Origin: Acidimicrobiales bacterium
GTDB lineage: Bacteria; Actinomycetota; Acidimicrobiia; Acidimicrobiales; CAVXTF01
Direction of reading: 5' to 3'
DNA: 64,000 bases
NCBI GenBank assembly: GCA_049281195.1
Contig: JBAPRR010000428.1
Location: 8,267 to 72,266 of the forward strand
This document shows positions 54,314 to 63,725 of this stretch, in pieces. Under the pieces are notes generated by a model. It was not told the origin of the DNA, made no database searches, and saw only the letters and a program-made list of their open reading frames with translations. How positions within the stretch are numbered: the first letter of the stretch is position 1; each line of letters starts with the position of its first letter. The translations under genes were made by a program, and so were the position numbers.

Positions 54314-55477
54314 TCAGACTGAGGCCCGGTTCCCGTCGGAGTGCATGACCTGAATCGCCGGCACAGATCCGTGGTTGGTACGCCCGCTGTTCGAGTTGTG
54401 ATTCAGGAAGAAGAAGACCAGCACCAGTTCCGCCAGAAGGATCACGATCACCAGCGCGATCAACGCCACCAGCGTGTGCAGCATGCGCAGGTCACGCTTG
54501 TCGGCACTATCGCTCCCCTCGGTATCGCTTTCCACGCCGGCTACGACGTCGGCCTCGTGATTCTGGTTGACCGCCACCGGCTTCTTCGCCGGCTCAACGA
54601 CGGCTTGCTCTTCGACAGCGTCCTCCTCGACAGCGTCCTCTTCGAAAGCCAGCTCAACGACATCGGGCTGTGCGACAACGACCGACGCCTGGGAGACAGC
54701 CGATCGCGGATCATCAGCATGCTCATTATTTGGAATTTCCCTGGGCGCCGGAGCAGTGGTGGTGCTCTGGACCTTCGGTGCCGTAGGAGGCTGAACGGAT
54801 CGGACCGGCTCGCGAGACTCGCGAGGAATGACCGGCTCCCTCGTAGGGGGTGCCTGCTCCCTCGTAGGCGGTGCCTGTTCCCTCGGAGGCGGCGCCGGCA
54901 GCTGAGTCTCCCGCTGCAGTGAAACCGGGCCCGAAGCGCCGTTGGTCGTCGCTCCGACGGCAGAAACCATGGGTTGCAGTACCGCTTCGGCAGCCGCCAT
55001 TTGGTGGGTGTCGGCGGGTATCTCCTCTTTCACCGGGACGGTGATCCTCGGGCCGGCATCGGCCATCAAGCTTTGAGCCACCTCCTCGACCAAGGCCTGA
55101 TCGGCCTCGGGGGAGCGGCGGAACCGGTTCGACATGGCCGAGAGCTCGGTCTCGACCACCAGGGTCTCGCTAGGAGGGACCAGGCTGACCGGAAGCAGGA
55201 GCTGCAGCGTGCGGCCGTTGGCCAAGCCGATCTCGAGAACCGTCGCCGGCGAGCCGTCTCGCAGCCTGGTCGGCTGATGACAGCTGAACCTGGTGGTCTG
55301 GCTCCACGGGATCGTCCGCTCGGTGACCGTGTTAGCTCCCGCAATCGTCAGGCCGCGCGAGTCGGCCGTCACCGACAGCCCGGGGACCTGCCACGGACCT
55401 TCGGGGGAGTCGGTCGAGAGCCACACTCCGTCCAGCTCAAGAACCCTCTGACCGGGCCTGCCCGGCATTGTGGTCAT
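54314..55477 (-). CDS. Hypothetical single-pass membrane protein, paralog A (conserved N-terminal domain, repeat-rich linker, C-terminal TM)
   Basis: The N-terminal about 115 aa is alignable with the neighbouring gene (TAD.RGL, RTIPW, L.DG, EI). In-frame repeats PPTREQA and EDAVE. TM helix LHTLVALIALVIVILLAELVLVFFFL. Confidence 0.55.
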   Translation of the reverse strand: MTTMPGRPGQRVLELDGVWLSTDSPEGPWQVPGLSVTADSRGLTIAGANTVTERTIPWSQTTRFSCHQPTRLRDGSPATVLEIGLANGRTLQLLLPVSLVPPSETLVVETELSAMSNRFRRSPEADQALVEEVAQSLMADAGPRITVPVKEEIPADTHQMAAAEAVLQPMVSAVGATTNGASGPVSLQRETQLPAPPPREQAPPTREQAPPTREPVIPRESREPVRSVQPPTAPKVQSTTTAPAPREIPNNEHADDPRSAVSQASVVVAQPDVVELAFEEDAVEEDAVEEQAVVEPAKKPVAVNQNHEADVVAGVESDTEGSDSADKRDLRMLHTLVALIALVIVILLAELVLVFFFLNHNSNSGRTNHGSVPAIQVMHSDGNRASV

Positions 55478-55514
55478 TGCTTCACCCGCCCTCTGTGAGG
55501 CGCCAGCCGTTTCT

Positions 55515-57029
55515 TCACGACTGAGCCGCCACGCTTTGCTGGACGCCTGCCAACAGGTGTGCCGCCGTGGTCGCCGGGAAAGGTTGCTGAGACATCGTCT
55601 CGAGAGCGGCGATGATGCGACCTCCCCCGACCAGGTTCACGTTCTCGGAGTAGAGCCCTTTACCGATCCCTGCCGTCTTGTCGAACACCATTCCGATCTG
55701 GATCGTCTCGGCCGTGCTCACGGGGTTGCCCGCCGCGACCGACCCCGTACCGGCCGACCCGGCGCCCGTAGACACAGTCGACCCGGCGCCCGTAGGCCCA
55801 GTCGCCCCGGCGCCGGCACCCGCGGTGACCTTCGGAGGTGTGATGAAGATCGCTCCCACGGTTCCTCCCGAAAGCGGCCCTCCGACAAGTGCCGGGATCA
55901 CCGACACCAGGTAGGCGCGGTAACAGGTGGAGAAGACAGGGTCGGCGAGCATCGACAGGTCAGCGGTCTCGTCAGGAATCGACTGAAGGACGATCGCCGA
56001 AGACTCCGCCGAGGTCGAGACGACCGACGGATCCTCGTAGAGCAGCGAGGTCGACTGCGCAGTCATCTCGGGCTCCACTGACAGTCCGTCCGAAAATCCG
56101 AGGACTGCCAGAACCGGATCCACGTCGCCGGCGGTCAGGCTCGTGCATTTGGCGAACGCCGCCGCCGCGGTGACGGTCACCGAGCCGGTGGTCCCTACTG
56201 CGCTGCTGAGTCCACTGGCCCCGAGCGCCCCGCCCATGGTGCCCGGAACACCCTTCCAGCCGGGTAGGTCCCCCGGTGTGATGTTCGCCGCCGCGGCGGC
56301 AGTGGCGTCCGCGGCGGACGATCCCGAAGATGAGCTCTTGTGCTTCACGAAGTAGTAGCCGGCGCCTCCCACGACGATCGCCACCACTACGACCACAGCG
56401 GCGATCCGCTTTCCGCCGCGACCGCGCCTGACCTTTTTGGGCTTCACGTACTGACCGCCGGCGTGACTTCCCAGACCGGTCAGGGTCCCGCCCGCAGCAG
56501 GAGCAAGGGTGTTGACACCGTTTTGCAACCCGTTTCCGCCCGCCGCATCGGTAATCGGCCCACTCGATGGTGCCTGGACGCCCGGTGGAAGTCCGCCACC
56601 TGATGGCGCAGCCTGCACTCCGGGAGGAAGTCCGCCGCCCGATGCCGCTGCCTGAACCGCCGGATCGGGGGAGCCGATCGGGATCCGCGCCAGGCCGGCA
56701 AGATGCGCCTCGAGCATCTCAGCTCCCTGCGGCCCCAGATCGACCGATGGCACCAAGAACCTCAGAGACAGACCATCGATGGCGATCTCGACCGAGACCG
56801 CGTCGCGTCCATCGGGCAGCTGCGCTGACCGGCGGCAGGCGATCGTTGTCGCCCTGGTCCAGGGGATGGTCCTGACCGACGAGGGCTCAGGACCGAGAAC
56901 CGCGAGCCCGCGTTGGTCAGCCGTCAGGGCGAGACCGCCCACGACCGCCGGACCTCCGGCCGTGGCGCCCGACAGGTACACCTCGTCGAGATGAACCTGC
57001 CCGCCTCCGATCGCCACGGGTGCGGTCAC
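55515..57029 (-). CDS. Hypothetical single-pass membrane protein, paralog B (same N-terminal domain, TM, about 270-aa extracytoplasmic domain)
   Basis: GTG start preceded by AAGGTGG. N-terminal domain shared with 54314..55477. TM helix IAAVVVVVAIVVGGAGYYFV. The C-terminal domain has no recognisable motif. Confidence 0.55.
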   Translation of the reverse strand: MTAPVAIGGGQVHLDEVYLSGATAGGPAVVGGLALTADQRGLAVLGPEPSSVRTIPWTRATTIACRRSAQLPDGRDAVSVEIAIDGLSLRFLVPSVDLGPQGAEMLEAHLAGLARIPIGSPDPAVQAAASGGGLPPGVQAAPSGGGLPPGVQAPSSGPITDAAGGNGLQNGVNTLAPAAGGTLTGLGSHAGGQYVKPKKVRRGRGGKRIAAVVVVVAIVVGGAGYYFVKHKSSSSGSSAADATAAAAANITPGDLPGWKGVPGTMGGALGASGLSSAVGTTGSVTVTAAAAFAKCTSLTAGDVDPVLAVLGFSDGLSVEPEMTAQSTSLLYEDPSVVSTSAESSAIVLQSIPDETADLSMLADPVFSTCYRAYLVSVIPALVGGPLSGGTVGAIFITPPKVTAGAGAGATGPTGAGSTVSTGAGSAGTGSVAAGNPVSTAETIQIGMVFDKTAGIGKGLYSENVNLVGGGRIIAALETMSQQPFPATTAAHLLAGVQQSVAAQS

Positions 57030-57048
57030 CTGGTGCCCACCTTGGACA

Positions 57049-59475
57049 TCACCCGGTCCCTGACATCCCGACTACCGGCTTGTGGAGGACCATGTTCCCG
57101 GTCGAACCCCGGAAGAAGGCGTCTCCGAACGAGAAGATCCCGCCATCAGCGGCGACCAGCCAGTAGCCGTCGCCGTCGGACGTGGAGGACATCCCCACGA
57201 CAGGCTTGACCAACCTCATGGCGCCGGTCGATCCGTAGAAGTGGGGACCGAAGGAGAAGATCCCTCCGTCGGACGCCACCTCCCAGTAGCCGGCTCCGGT
57301 CGGGTCAGAGGCCATACCGACGATCGGATCGTTCAGGTGTTTCCCGCCCATGGAACCGTCGAAATGAGCACCGGGTCCGAACGAGAAGATCCCTCCGTCG
57401 GAAGCGACGAGCCAGTAGCCATCTCCACCAGGCGCGACGGCCATACCGACGATGGGTTTGTTCAGATGCTTGCCACCCATGGACCCGTAGAACTGGGCGT
57501 CGCCGAAGGCGAAGATCCCGCCGTCAGACGCGACCTCCCAATAGCCGCCGCCGTTCGGTGTGCTGGCCATCCCCACTATCGGCGCGGTCAGGTGCTTGCC
57601 GCCCATGGATCCGTGGAACAGAGCGCTACCGAACGAGAAGATCCCGCCGTCGGACGCGACCTCCCAATAGCCGCCGTCGTTTGGAGCCTCGGCCATCCCT
57701 ACGACCGGTTTGGCCAGGGGCTTGCCTCCCATCGACCCGGCGTAGGTCGCGGTCCCGAACGCGAAGATCCCGCCGTCTGAGGCGTCCAGCTGGTAGCCCT
57801 CGATGCTGCAGGGGGGAACGTCGGGGTTGCACGTTCCCGGCGGCACGGGCGGCGCAGCAGTTGCGATCGTGCTCCCGGTGAGCTGCGGGTCGTGGTGGAA
57901 CTCGGGCCATGCGTTGGCGCCGACCGAGTTGGACCCCCCGGTGACCTGGTAGTCGGCGATGAATCCCTGGGTGTTGTCCCCGCCGGTGCCGGCGTAGCTC
58001 CCGGCGACTATCACGTCGACCCCGTTGCCCGACGGGTCGGCTACGACGAGCGGCGAGTTCGACATGGCCAGGTTCGCTGGTGTCTGTCCGGGCCAGGTGA
58101 TGTTGAGACCGTTGGCCGGGTACAAGCTCCCCGAACGCCCGTCGATGATGTACCAGCCGAGCCCTGTTGCAGCCACCACGTCTTGGTAGCCCCCGCCGAA
58201 GTCGGCGGTCGCCACGCTGCCGGCGATCGTCGTGTTGCCGGGGGTGACCGGACCCCACAGCTTCTGACCGATGGGGTTGAACGCGTACACCGCTCCGCCC
58301 GTGGTCGAGCCTGTGGCCGTCCAAGTCGGCTCGACCACGTCGAGCTGATCGTTGCCGAGCAGGTCCGCCAGAGCGGGGGTGGCCCGGGTGTACCCGTTGA
58401 GGTACTCCTCCCACTCCTTCGCTCCGTTGGTGGCGTTGTCTGCGGTAAGGCCGGTGTCGTCGCTAGAACCCCAGTAGTGACCGTGCCCGTACACAGCGAC
58501 AGGGCCGGCACCGTCGAGGTTCCCGACCACTGGTGAAGACGTGACGACCTCGTTCGACTGCGCCGTCCACAGGGTCCCGCCGTTCGCGTTCATCAACCGG
58601 ACCGATCCACCGTTCCAGTTGTTCAGAGCTCCCGGACCGGCGGTCGAGTCGCTGGCCGCCACGATCTGCTGGGTGTTGTTCACATTGGCGATCGATGCTG
58701 TCGCAAACGTGGTGTCCGCGGTCTTCTGCGGCCAACCGGGCTCGGTCGCACCGTTGGTCGGGTTGATGGCGTAGAGCGACTGGCTGATTCCCCCCACCAC
58801 GATCTCGGGAGAACCGTTTCCGAGGGCTCCGATGGTCGGGGAGGCGAAGATCGGAGGATGCGCGCCCTCGCCCCCGAATTTGTCGGGGAGGTAGCGGCTC
58901 CAGATCGTGTTTCCTGAAGGACCGAACGCGTACAGGGCGCCGATGCAGTTCGCCTCGTCAGAACCGCACGTCTCGTTGTAGACGGGGGGCTCCTCTCCCG
59001 GTGTGTCGCCGGTCGACACGTAGACGTTGTCCAGCCCGTCAGAGGACGGATATACCGACGGGGTCGAGTCGATGCCGGCATCGGTGCACTGCGGCCAGCC
59101 CGGCGTGGTGCTCCCGTTCGCCAGGTGGACGGCGTACACGCAGCCGTTGCCGCGCGAGCCCACCACGATCGAGGATCCGTCGTTGTCGAGGGTCGCCAGC
59201 GTGGGCGACGATTCGACGATCTGCGTGTTGTCCCCGAGCAGCCTTTCCCACTTCAGGGTGACGGTCAGCGCCTGCGGGCTGAGTTGTTGATTGCTCTGGG
59301 CGGACGACAGAGCCGCAGTGGTGGTACCAGCTCCAAGACACAACGCAGCAACAAGTCCAATGGATCCGACAAGGCCTGCGGCGATGCGCCCCTTCGAACG
59401 GGATCCAGCGATGCGCCCCTTCGAACGCTTAATGGGGTTCTGGATACGGCCGCGCAAAGGCGAAGATGAGGTCAT
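57049..59475 (-). CDS. Large secreted repeat protein: N-terminal FG-GAP/PQQ-like propeller region plus six C-terminal ~41-aa GYWxVASDGGIFSFG repeats
   Basis: Signal peptide AAGLVGSIGLVAALCLGAGTTTAALS. The C-terminal repeats are read directly from the translation. ATG at 59475 is preceded by GGAG; the longest ORF extends to 59559. Confidence 0.6.
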   Translation of the reverse strand: MTSSSPLRGRIQNPIKRSKGRIAGSRSKGRIAAGLVGSIGLVAALCLGAGTTTAALSSAQSNQQLSPQALTVTLKWERLLGDNTQIVESSPTLATLDNDGSSIVVGSRGNGCVYAVHLANGSTTPGWPQCTDAGIDSTPSVYPSSDGLDNVYVSTGDTPGEEPPVYNETCGSDEANCIGALYAFGPSGNTIWSRYLPDKFGGEGAHPPIFASPTIGALGNGSPEIVVGGISQSLYAINPTNGATEPGWPQKTADTTFATASIANVNNTQQIVAASDSTAGPGALNNWNGGSVRLMNANGGTLWTAQSNEVVTSSPVVGNLDGAGPVAVYGHGHYWGSSDDTGLTADNATNGAKEWEEYLNGYTRATPALADLLGNDQLDVVEPTWTATGSTTGGAVYAFNPIGQKLWGPVTPGNTTIAGSVATADFGGGYQDVVAATGLGWYIIDGRSGSLYPANGLNITWPGQTPANLAMSNSPLVVADPSGNGVDVIVAGSYAGTGGDNTQGFIADYQVTGGSNSVGANAWPEFHHDPQLTGSTIATAAPPVPPGTCNPDVPPCSIEGYQLDASDGGIFAFGTATYAGSMGGKPLAKPVVGMAEAPNDGGYWEVASDGGIFSFGSALFHGSMGGKHLTAPIVGMASTPNGGGYWEVASDGGIFAFGDAQFYGSMGGKHLNKPIVGMAVAPGGDGYWLVASDGGIFSFGPGAHFDGSMGGKHLNDPIVGMASDPTGAGYWEVASDGGIFSFGPHFYGSTGAMRLVKPVVGMSSTSDGDGYWLVAADGGIFSFGDAFFRGSTGNMVLHKPVVGMSGTG

Positions 59476-59701
59476 CACTACTCCAGTTCGTCGGCGCAGG
59501 CCGACTTCTTGAGGCCCTCTGCTCGGCAATTGCCCACTACTTGTGGTTCGTGGGCTCAATTGCCCCGCGCTTGTTGTGAGCTACTCCGGGAGAGGCCTTC
59601 GGACATTTGTAAGTCGTGAGGACCTACCCGAAAGTGCCTTGGAGGTTGGACAACAAACGAGCTACAAAAAAGCGACCATCAGAAGAATCTTCGGATCGAC
59701 A

Positions 59702-61348
59702 CTACGAACGTTGCGCAAACTGCACGAGCTGCATCGGCTCGTAATACGGCCCGGGATCAAGCGGCACCACTTCATGTTCGACCAGATTCGGGTCCGCGCT
59801 GAGCGCTGATTGGATCTTTTGACACTTGCTGCCGAACGTGGCGTAACCAGGGGCCCAGACGTACCAGATCGAGTGGCCGGATCCGGCCATCTGCTCCAGA
59901 CGGTCGGAGAATGCCGAGACAGAAGCCGATTCCGACACGTGCGCGTAGTTGACCCAGTCGACGAAGTCCGGGCTTCCCCCGCGCGGAAATGTGATCTGTT
60001 GGTACTTCTGATCAAGTAGCAGGCGGCTGGCGTCGGGACCCAGCTGGTCCGGACAGTACGCGACCACGTCTCCGGTTTGACCCGACCGGTCGAGCGCAGC
60101 TGCGATCTGGACCGCCTGACTGCGCTGCGTCCAGATGTTCGGTATCGCCTGATCGAAGCCCCACCAACCGGCCACGACAAGAACGACGCAAGCGATCCGC
60201 TTGTCGGAAAACGTGTTGATTCCCATCGCCACCAACAACAGCAGCGGGACGAAGATCACAGACGCGTAGCGTGGCGAGAGAGTGGCCTTGCCGAAGTAGC
60301 TGAAGATGACGGCGGCCGTGGCGGTCCCGACTACCGCGATGGCCAATCCTCGGGCCTTCGGGTTCCCACGTAGATCGACAAGTATCTGTGAGCGGTTCCG
60401 CGCGAACCCGAATATCCCGAGCAGCGCTATTGCGAAGTAGAGCATCGTCAGGGCGAAACCCGGATCGCTCGGCCCGCCCCCGAACGTGATGAACGCCCAG
60501 ATGAGATCGGCGAAGTTCGCGGGCGTGGCCCAAGGCGTGCCTGTGTGTTGCGACTGGTAGATGAAAGTCGGCACCCAGGGAACGAAGAGAACGCATCCGA
60601 CCACCATGGCCGCCAGTGACATGCGCGCCGCGTGGCGCTTCTGTGCCGGAGCGCGCCATGCGCGGTAGATCACCAATAGACCGGTCACCCCGACGAGATA
60701 AAGGCTCCAGTAGTGCGCGTAAAGCAGCAGTGCCGTAATCGCGCCTACCGCGATCAGGTTCCACTTGGTCGGCTTGCGAAGTGAATTATCAAGCGCCAGA
60801 AAACCCGCTGCGGTGAGGAAGGCGACAAGCGAGTACATGCGCGCTTCGGTGCCGTAGTAAACGGCAAATGGAGAAGTAACCACCAGAACCGTGACCGACA
60901 CCGCCACGGTTCGGCCGCCCAGACGTCTCCCGGCGAGCCACACGCACGGCAATGTGGCCACGCTGAACACGCCGGAGAGAGCTCGGATCGCAGCGTTCGA
61001 AGTGCCGAACGCCGTCATCCAGAAATGCAGCAGGTAGTAGTAGAGAGGCGGCGAACCGTCCCTCATCAGGTAGCTATGGATCTCGGTGACCGGGAGGCTC
61101 GCGATGTTGACCGTCAGCGCCTCGTCCAGCCACATGTCCGAGCTGGTCCAGAAACGCAGCACTATCCCGAAACAGATGACGGGGACTGCGATCCACAGTG
61201 CCAGGTCCGCAGGTGGCCATCTGGAATCCAGGCTCCGCCAGGAGGCGAAACGAGACGAACGACCCGGAGGGGGCTCGTGGCGTGGGCTGCTCGACCCCGC
61301 CGGGGGGACGAGCACAGCAGTAGAAGGTGCGTCGTCCACCACGTCCAT
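59702..61348 (-). CDS. GT-C fold membrane glycosyltransferase (GT39/PMT_2 / ArnT-like)
   Basis: Polytopic protein with the first-loop acidic motif SSDMWLDEALT, then PPLYYYLLHFW, typical of the family 39/83 mannosyl/arabinosyl transferases. Confidence 0.7.
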   Translation of the reverse strand: MDVVDDAPSTAVLVPPAGSSSPRHEPPPGRSSRFASWRSLDSRWPPADLALWIAVPVICFGIVLRFWTSSDMWLDEALTVNIASLPVTEIHSYLMRDGSPPLYYYLLHFWMTAFGTSNAAIRALSGVFSVATLPCVWLAGRRLGGRTVAVSVTVLVVTSPFAVYYGTEARMYSLVAFLTAAGFLALDNSLRKPTKWNLIAVGAITALLLYAHYWSLYLVGVTGLLVIYRAWRAPAQKRHAARMSLAAMVVGCVLFVPWVPTFIYQSQHTGTPWATPANFADLIWAFITFGGGPSDPGFALTMLYFAIALLGIFGFARNRSQILVDLRGNPKARGLAIAVVGTATAAVIFSYFGKATLSPRYASVIFVPLLLLVAMGINTFSDKRIACVVLVVAGWWGFDQAIPNIWTQRSQAVQIAAALDRSGQTGDVVAYCPDQLGPDASRLLLDQKYQQITFPRGGSPDFVDWVNYAHVSESASVSAFSDRLEQMAGSGHSIWYVWAPGYATFGSKCQKIQSALSADPNLVEHEVVPLDPGPYYEPMQLVQFAQRS

Positions 61349-61385
61349 CGACCGCGAAGGTTACGCAATCGATAGCCTCCCGCAG

Positions 61386-62303
61386 GTGCCAGCCGCCGAC
61401 GACACACCGACAAGCGCTGCCTCCGACCTGGATGATCGCCAGCCGAACGCCCGTGATCTGAAGGAGAAGATCGCCGCCATCTCGTGGTACCACTCGATCG
61501 ACCTGGGCCGGGCAGGCGGCGGGATCGTCACTCCGGGTAACCCACCCGACCAGAAGGTCGTCAGCGGCGGGCTGCCCGACCTTGCCGGCAAGACCGTCTT
61601 GGACATCGGCGCCTGGGACGGGTTCTGGTCGTTCCTGGCCGAGAAACGGGGAGCTTCCGAGGTAAAGGCGATGGACCACTACGCCTGGTGCGTCGACTTC
61701 GCCACGCGCCTGGAGTACTGGGAACGGTGCGAAGCCGAGGGCAGAACACCGGACTACCGCTTCGACTTCACGGAGTTCTGGCGTCCCGACACCATGCCCG
61801 GGAGGGCGGGGTTCGACCTGGCGCGCAGCGTCCTATCGAGCTCAGTCGAACCGATCGTCGCGGACTTCATGACGGCGGACCCCGCGGATGTAGGGACCTT
61901 CGACGTCGTGCTGTTCCTCGGGGTGCTCTACCACCTGCGCGAACCACTCACCGCTCTGGAACGGGTGAGGATGCTCACCCGCGAGGTGGCTGTCATCGAG
62001 ACAGAGGCGATAGCCGTCTTGGGGTTGCCCGGAGCGAGGTTCCTCGAGTTCCACGAGTCGGGCGGCCTGAGGGGCGATTACACGAACTGGTTCGTGCCAA
62101 CCGAAAGGGCGCTCCACGCCCTGTGCGACGCGGCCGGCTTTACGCGAACGGTCACCAAGGTCGGCCCGCCGGCCACCTCGCGGCTGGTCAAGTCGGCGGC
62201 CCGGCGCATGACCGATCGCTCGCCCGATCCCGACCGGCGAAGCCGCGACACTTCGGGCGCGGCGGTGACCCGTTACCGGATCGTGGTCCATGCCTTTCCG
62301 TAG
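61386..62303 (+). CDS. Class I SAM-dependent methyltransferase
   Basis: Motif I GKTVLDIGAWDGFWSF and post-I/II FDVVLFLGVLYHLREP. GTG at 61386 is the first start that avoids overlap with the divergent glycosyltransferase. The longest ORF starts at 61086. Confidence 0.7.
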   Translation: MPAADDTPTSAASDLDDRQPNARDLKEKIAAISWYHSIDLGRAGGGIVTPGNPPDQKVVSGGLPDLAGKTVLDIGAWDGFWSFLAEKRGASEVKAMDHYAWCVDFATRLEYWERCEAEGRTPDYRFDFTEFWRPDTMPGRAGFDLARSVLSSSVEPIVADFMTADPADVGTFDVVLFLGVLYHLREPLTALERVRMLTREVAVIETEAIAVLGLPGARFLEFHESGGLRGDYTNWFVPTERALHALCDAAGFTRTVTKVGPPATSRLVKSAARRMTDRSPDPDRRSRDTSGAAVTRYRIVVHAFP

Positions 62304-62442
62304 CGGCGGTAAAAGTCCGGCTCAGACGAGCTAGAGGACGACTGACGCGATAACTGAAACCAAAGGCCAACGCGTCGAATTCGATTTCCCAGGGACATTG
62401 GATGAGCGACCGCGCGTTTGGCGACGAAGTACCTCGATTGGT

Positions 62443-63714
62443 CTACGGCCTTTCCGAGACGAGCTGAATCGCTGCGGAGGCTGCGGCTTCCACGACGATG
62501 TCGAGCTCTTCGGTCCCATGCGCCATCCCCGGGAAGAGCGCCTCGTATGGTCCGGGAGCGAGAGCCACGTCGCGCTCGAGCATGGCGGTGAAGAACCGCT
62601 TGTACTTGCCGTTCGACGCAACGCCCTTGGCTTCGTGGTAATCGTTCACCGGCAGCCCTGAGAAGAAGATTCCGACCAACGGGCCGACGACGGGAACCTG
62701 CACCTCGACACCGGCCGATTCGATCGCCGCCCGAAGGTCCTTCGCGAACGCCGAGACGCGGGCCGCAAGATCTTCGTAGTCGGACGGGCCCACAGCCTCG
62801 ATGGCAGCGAGTCCCGCGGACATCGTCACCGGGTTAGCGGACAACGTTCCCGCCTGGTACACGGGACCGTTCGGCGCCAGCACGTCGAGAATGTCGCGCC
62901 TTCCGCCGAATGCGCCCACTGGAAGACCGCCTCCGATCACCTTGCCGAAACACCACAGATCAGGCGTCACACCGGTCAGCATCGACGCCCCGCCGGGCCC
63001 GACCCGGAATCCGGTGATCACCTCGTCGAAGATGAGCAGAGCGCCGGCGTCGTCGCACGCTTTTCTGAGGCCCTCCAAAAAGCCGTCTTTCGGAGCGACG
63101 AGTCCCATGTTGGCTGCGAACGGCTCGACGATCACGCACGCGACCTGTTCGTCGAGATCCGGTACGACGTTGTAGGGAGCCACGATCGTGTTCTCGACCG
63201 CACTACGGGGCACGCCGGCCGAATCCGGCAGGCCGAGCGTCGCCACGCCGCTTCCACCCCCGGCGAGGAGTTGATCGGAGTGCCCGTGATAGCAGCCGTC
63301 GAACTTCACCACGCGGTCGCGGCCGGTGAAGCCACGTGCGACGCGTAGCGCGCTCATCGCCGCCTCGGTGCCGGAGGACACGAACCTGACCTGTTCGCAG
63401 CCGTCGACGCGTTTGCAGATGGCCTCTGCCAGCAGCACCTCCGACGGGGTCGGCGCCCCGAACGTGGTCCCGCGTGCCGCGGCACGGTCGATGGCGTCGT
63501 TGATTACCGGATTCGCATGCCCGAGCAGCACTGCACCGTAGGACTGGACCAGGTCCAGGTATCTCCGCCCTTCGACATCGAAAACGTAAGCCCCCTCGGC
63601 GTGCTCGACGACATACGGGATGCCACCGACGGAACGAAATGATCGAACGGGCGAGCTGACCCCTCCGGGAATCACCTCGAGAGCGCGCTCGAACCATTCA
63701 CGATTGGTTTCCAC
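62443..63714 (-). CDS. hemL: Glutamate-1-semialdehyde 2,1-aminomutase
   Basis: GGVSSPVRSFRSVGG, DEVITGFRV and the PLP-lysine region FGKVIGGGLPVGAFGGR. Confidence 0.95.
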   Translation of the reverse strand: METNREWFERALEVIPGGVSSPVRSFRSVGGIPYVVEHAEGAYVFDVEGRRYLDLVQSYGAVLLGHANPVINDAIDRAAARGTTFGAPTPSEVLLAEAICKRVDGCEQVRFVSSGTEAAMSALRVARGFTGRDRVVKFDGCYHGHSDQLLAGGGSGVATLGLPDSAGVPRSAVENTIVAPYNVVPDLDEQVACVIVEPFAANMGLVAPKDGFLEGLRKACDDAGALLIFDEVITGFRVGPGGASMLTGVTPDLWCFGKVIGGGLPVGAFGGRRDILDVLAPNGPVYQAGTLSANPVTMSAGLAAIEAVGPSDYEDLAARVSAFAKDLRAAIESAGVEVQVPVVGPLVGIFFSGLPVNDYHEAKGVASNGKYKRFFTAMLERDVALAPGPYEALFPGMAHGTEELDIVVEAAASAAIQLVSERP

Positions 63715-63725
63715 GGGACCTGCTC

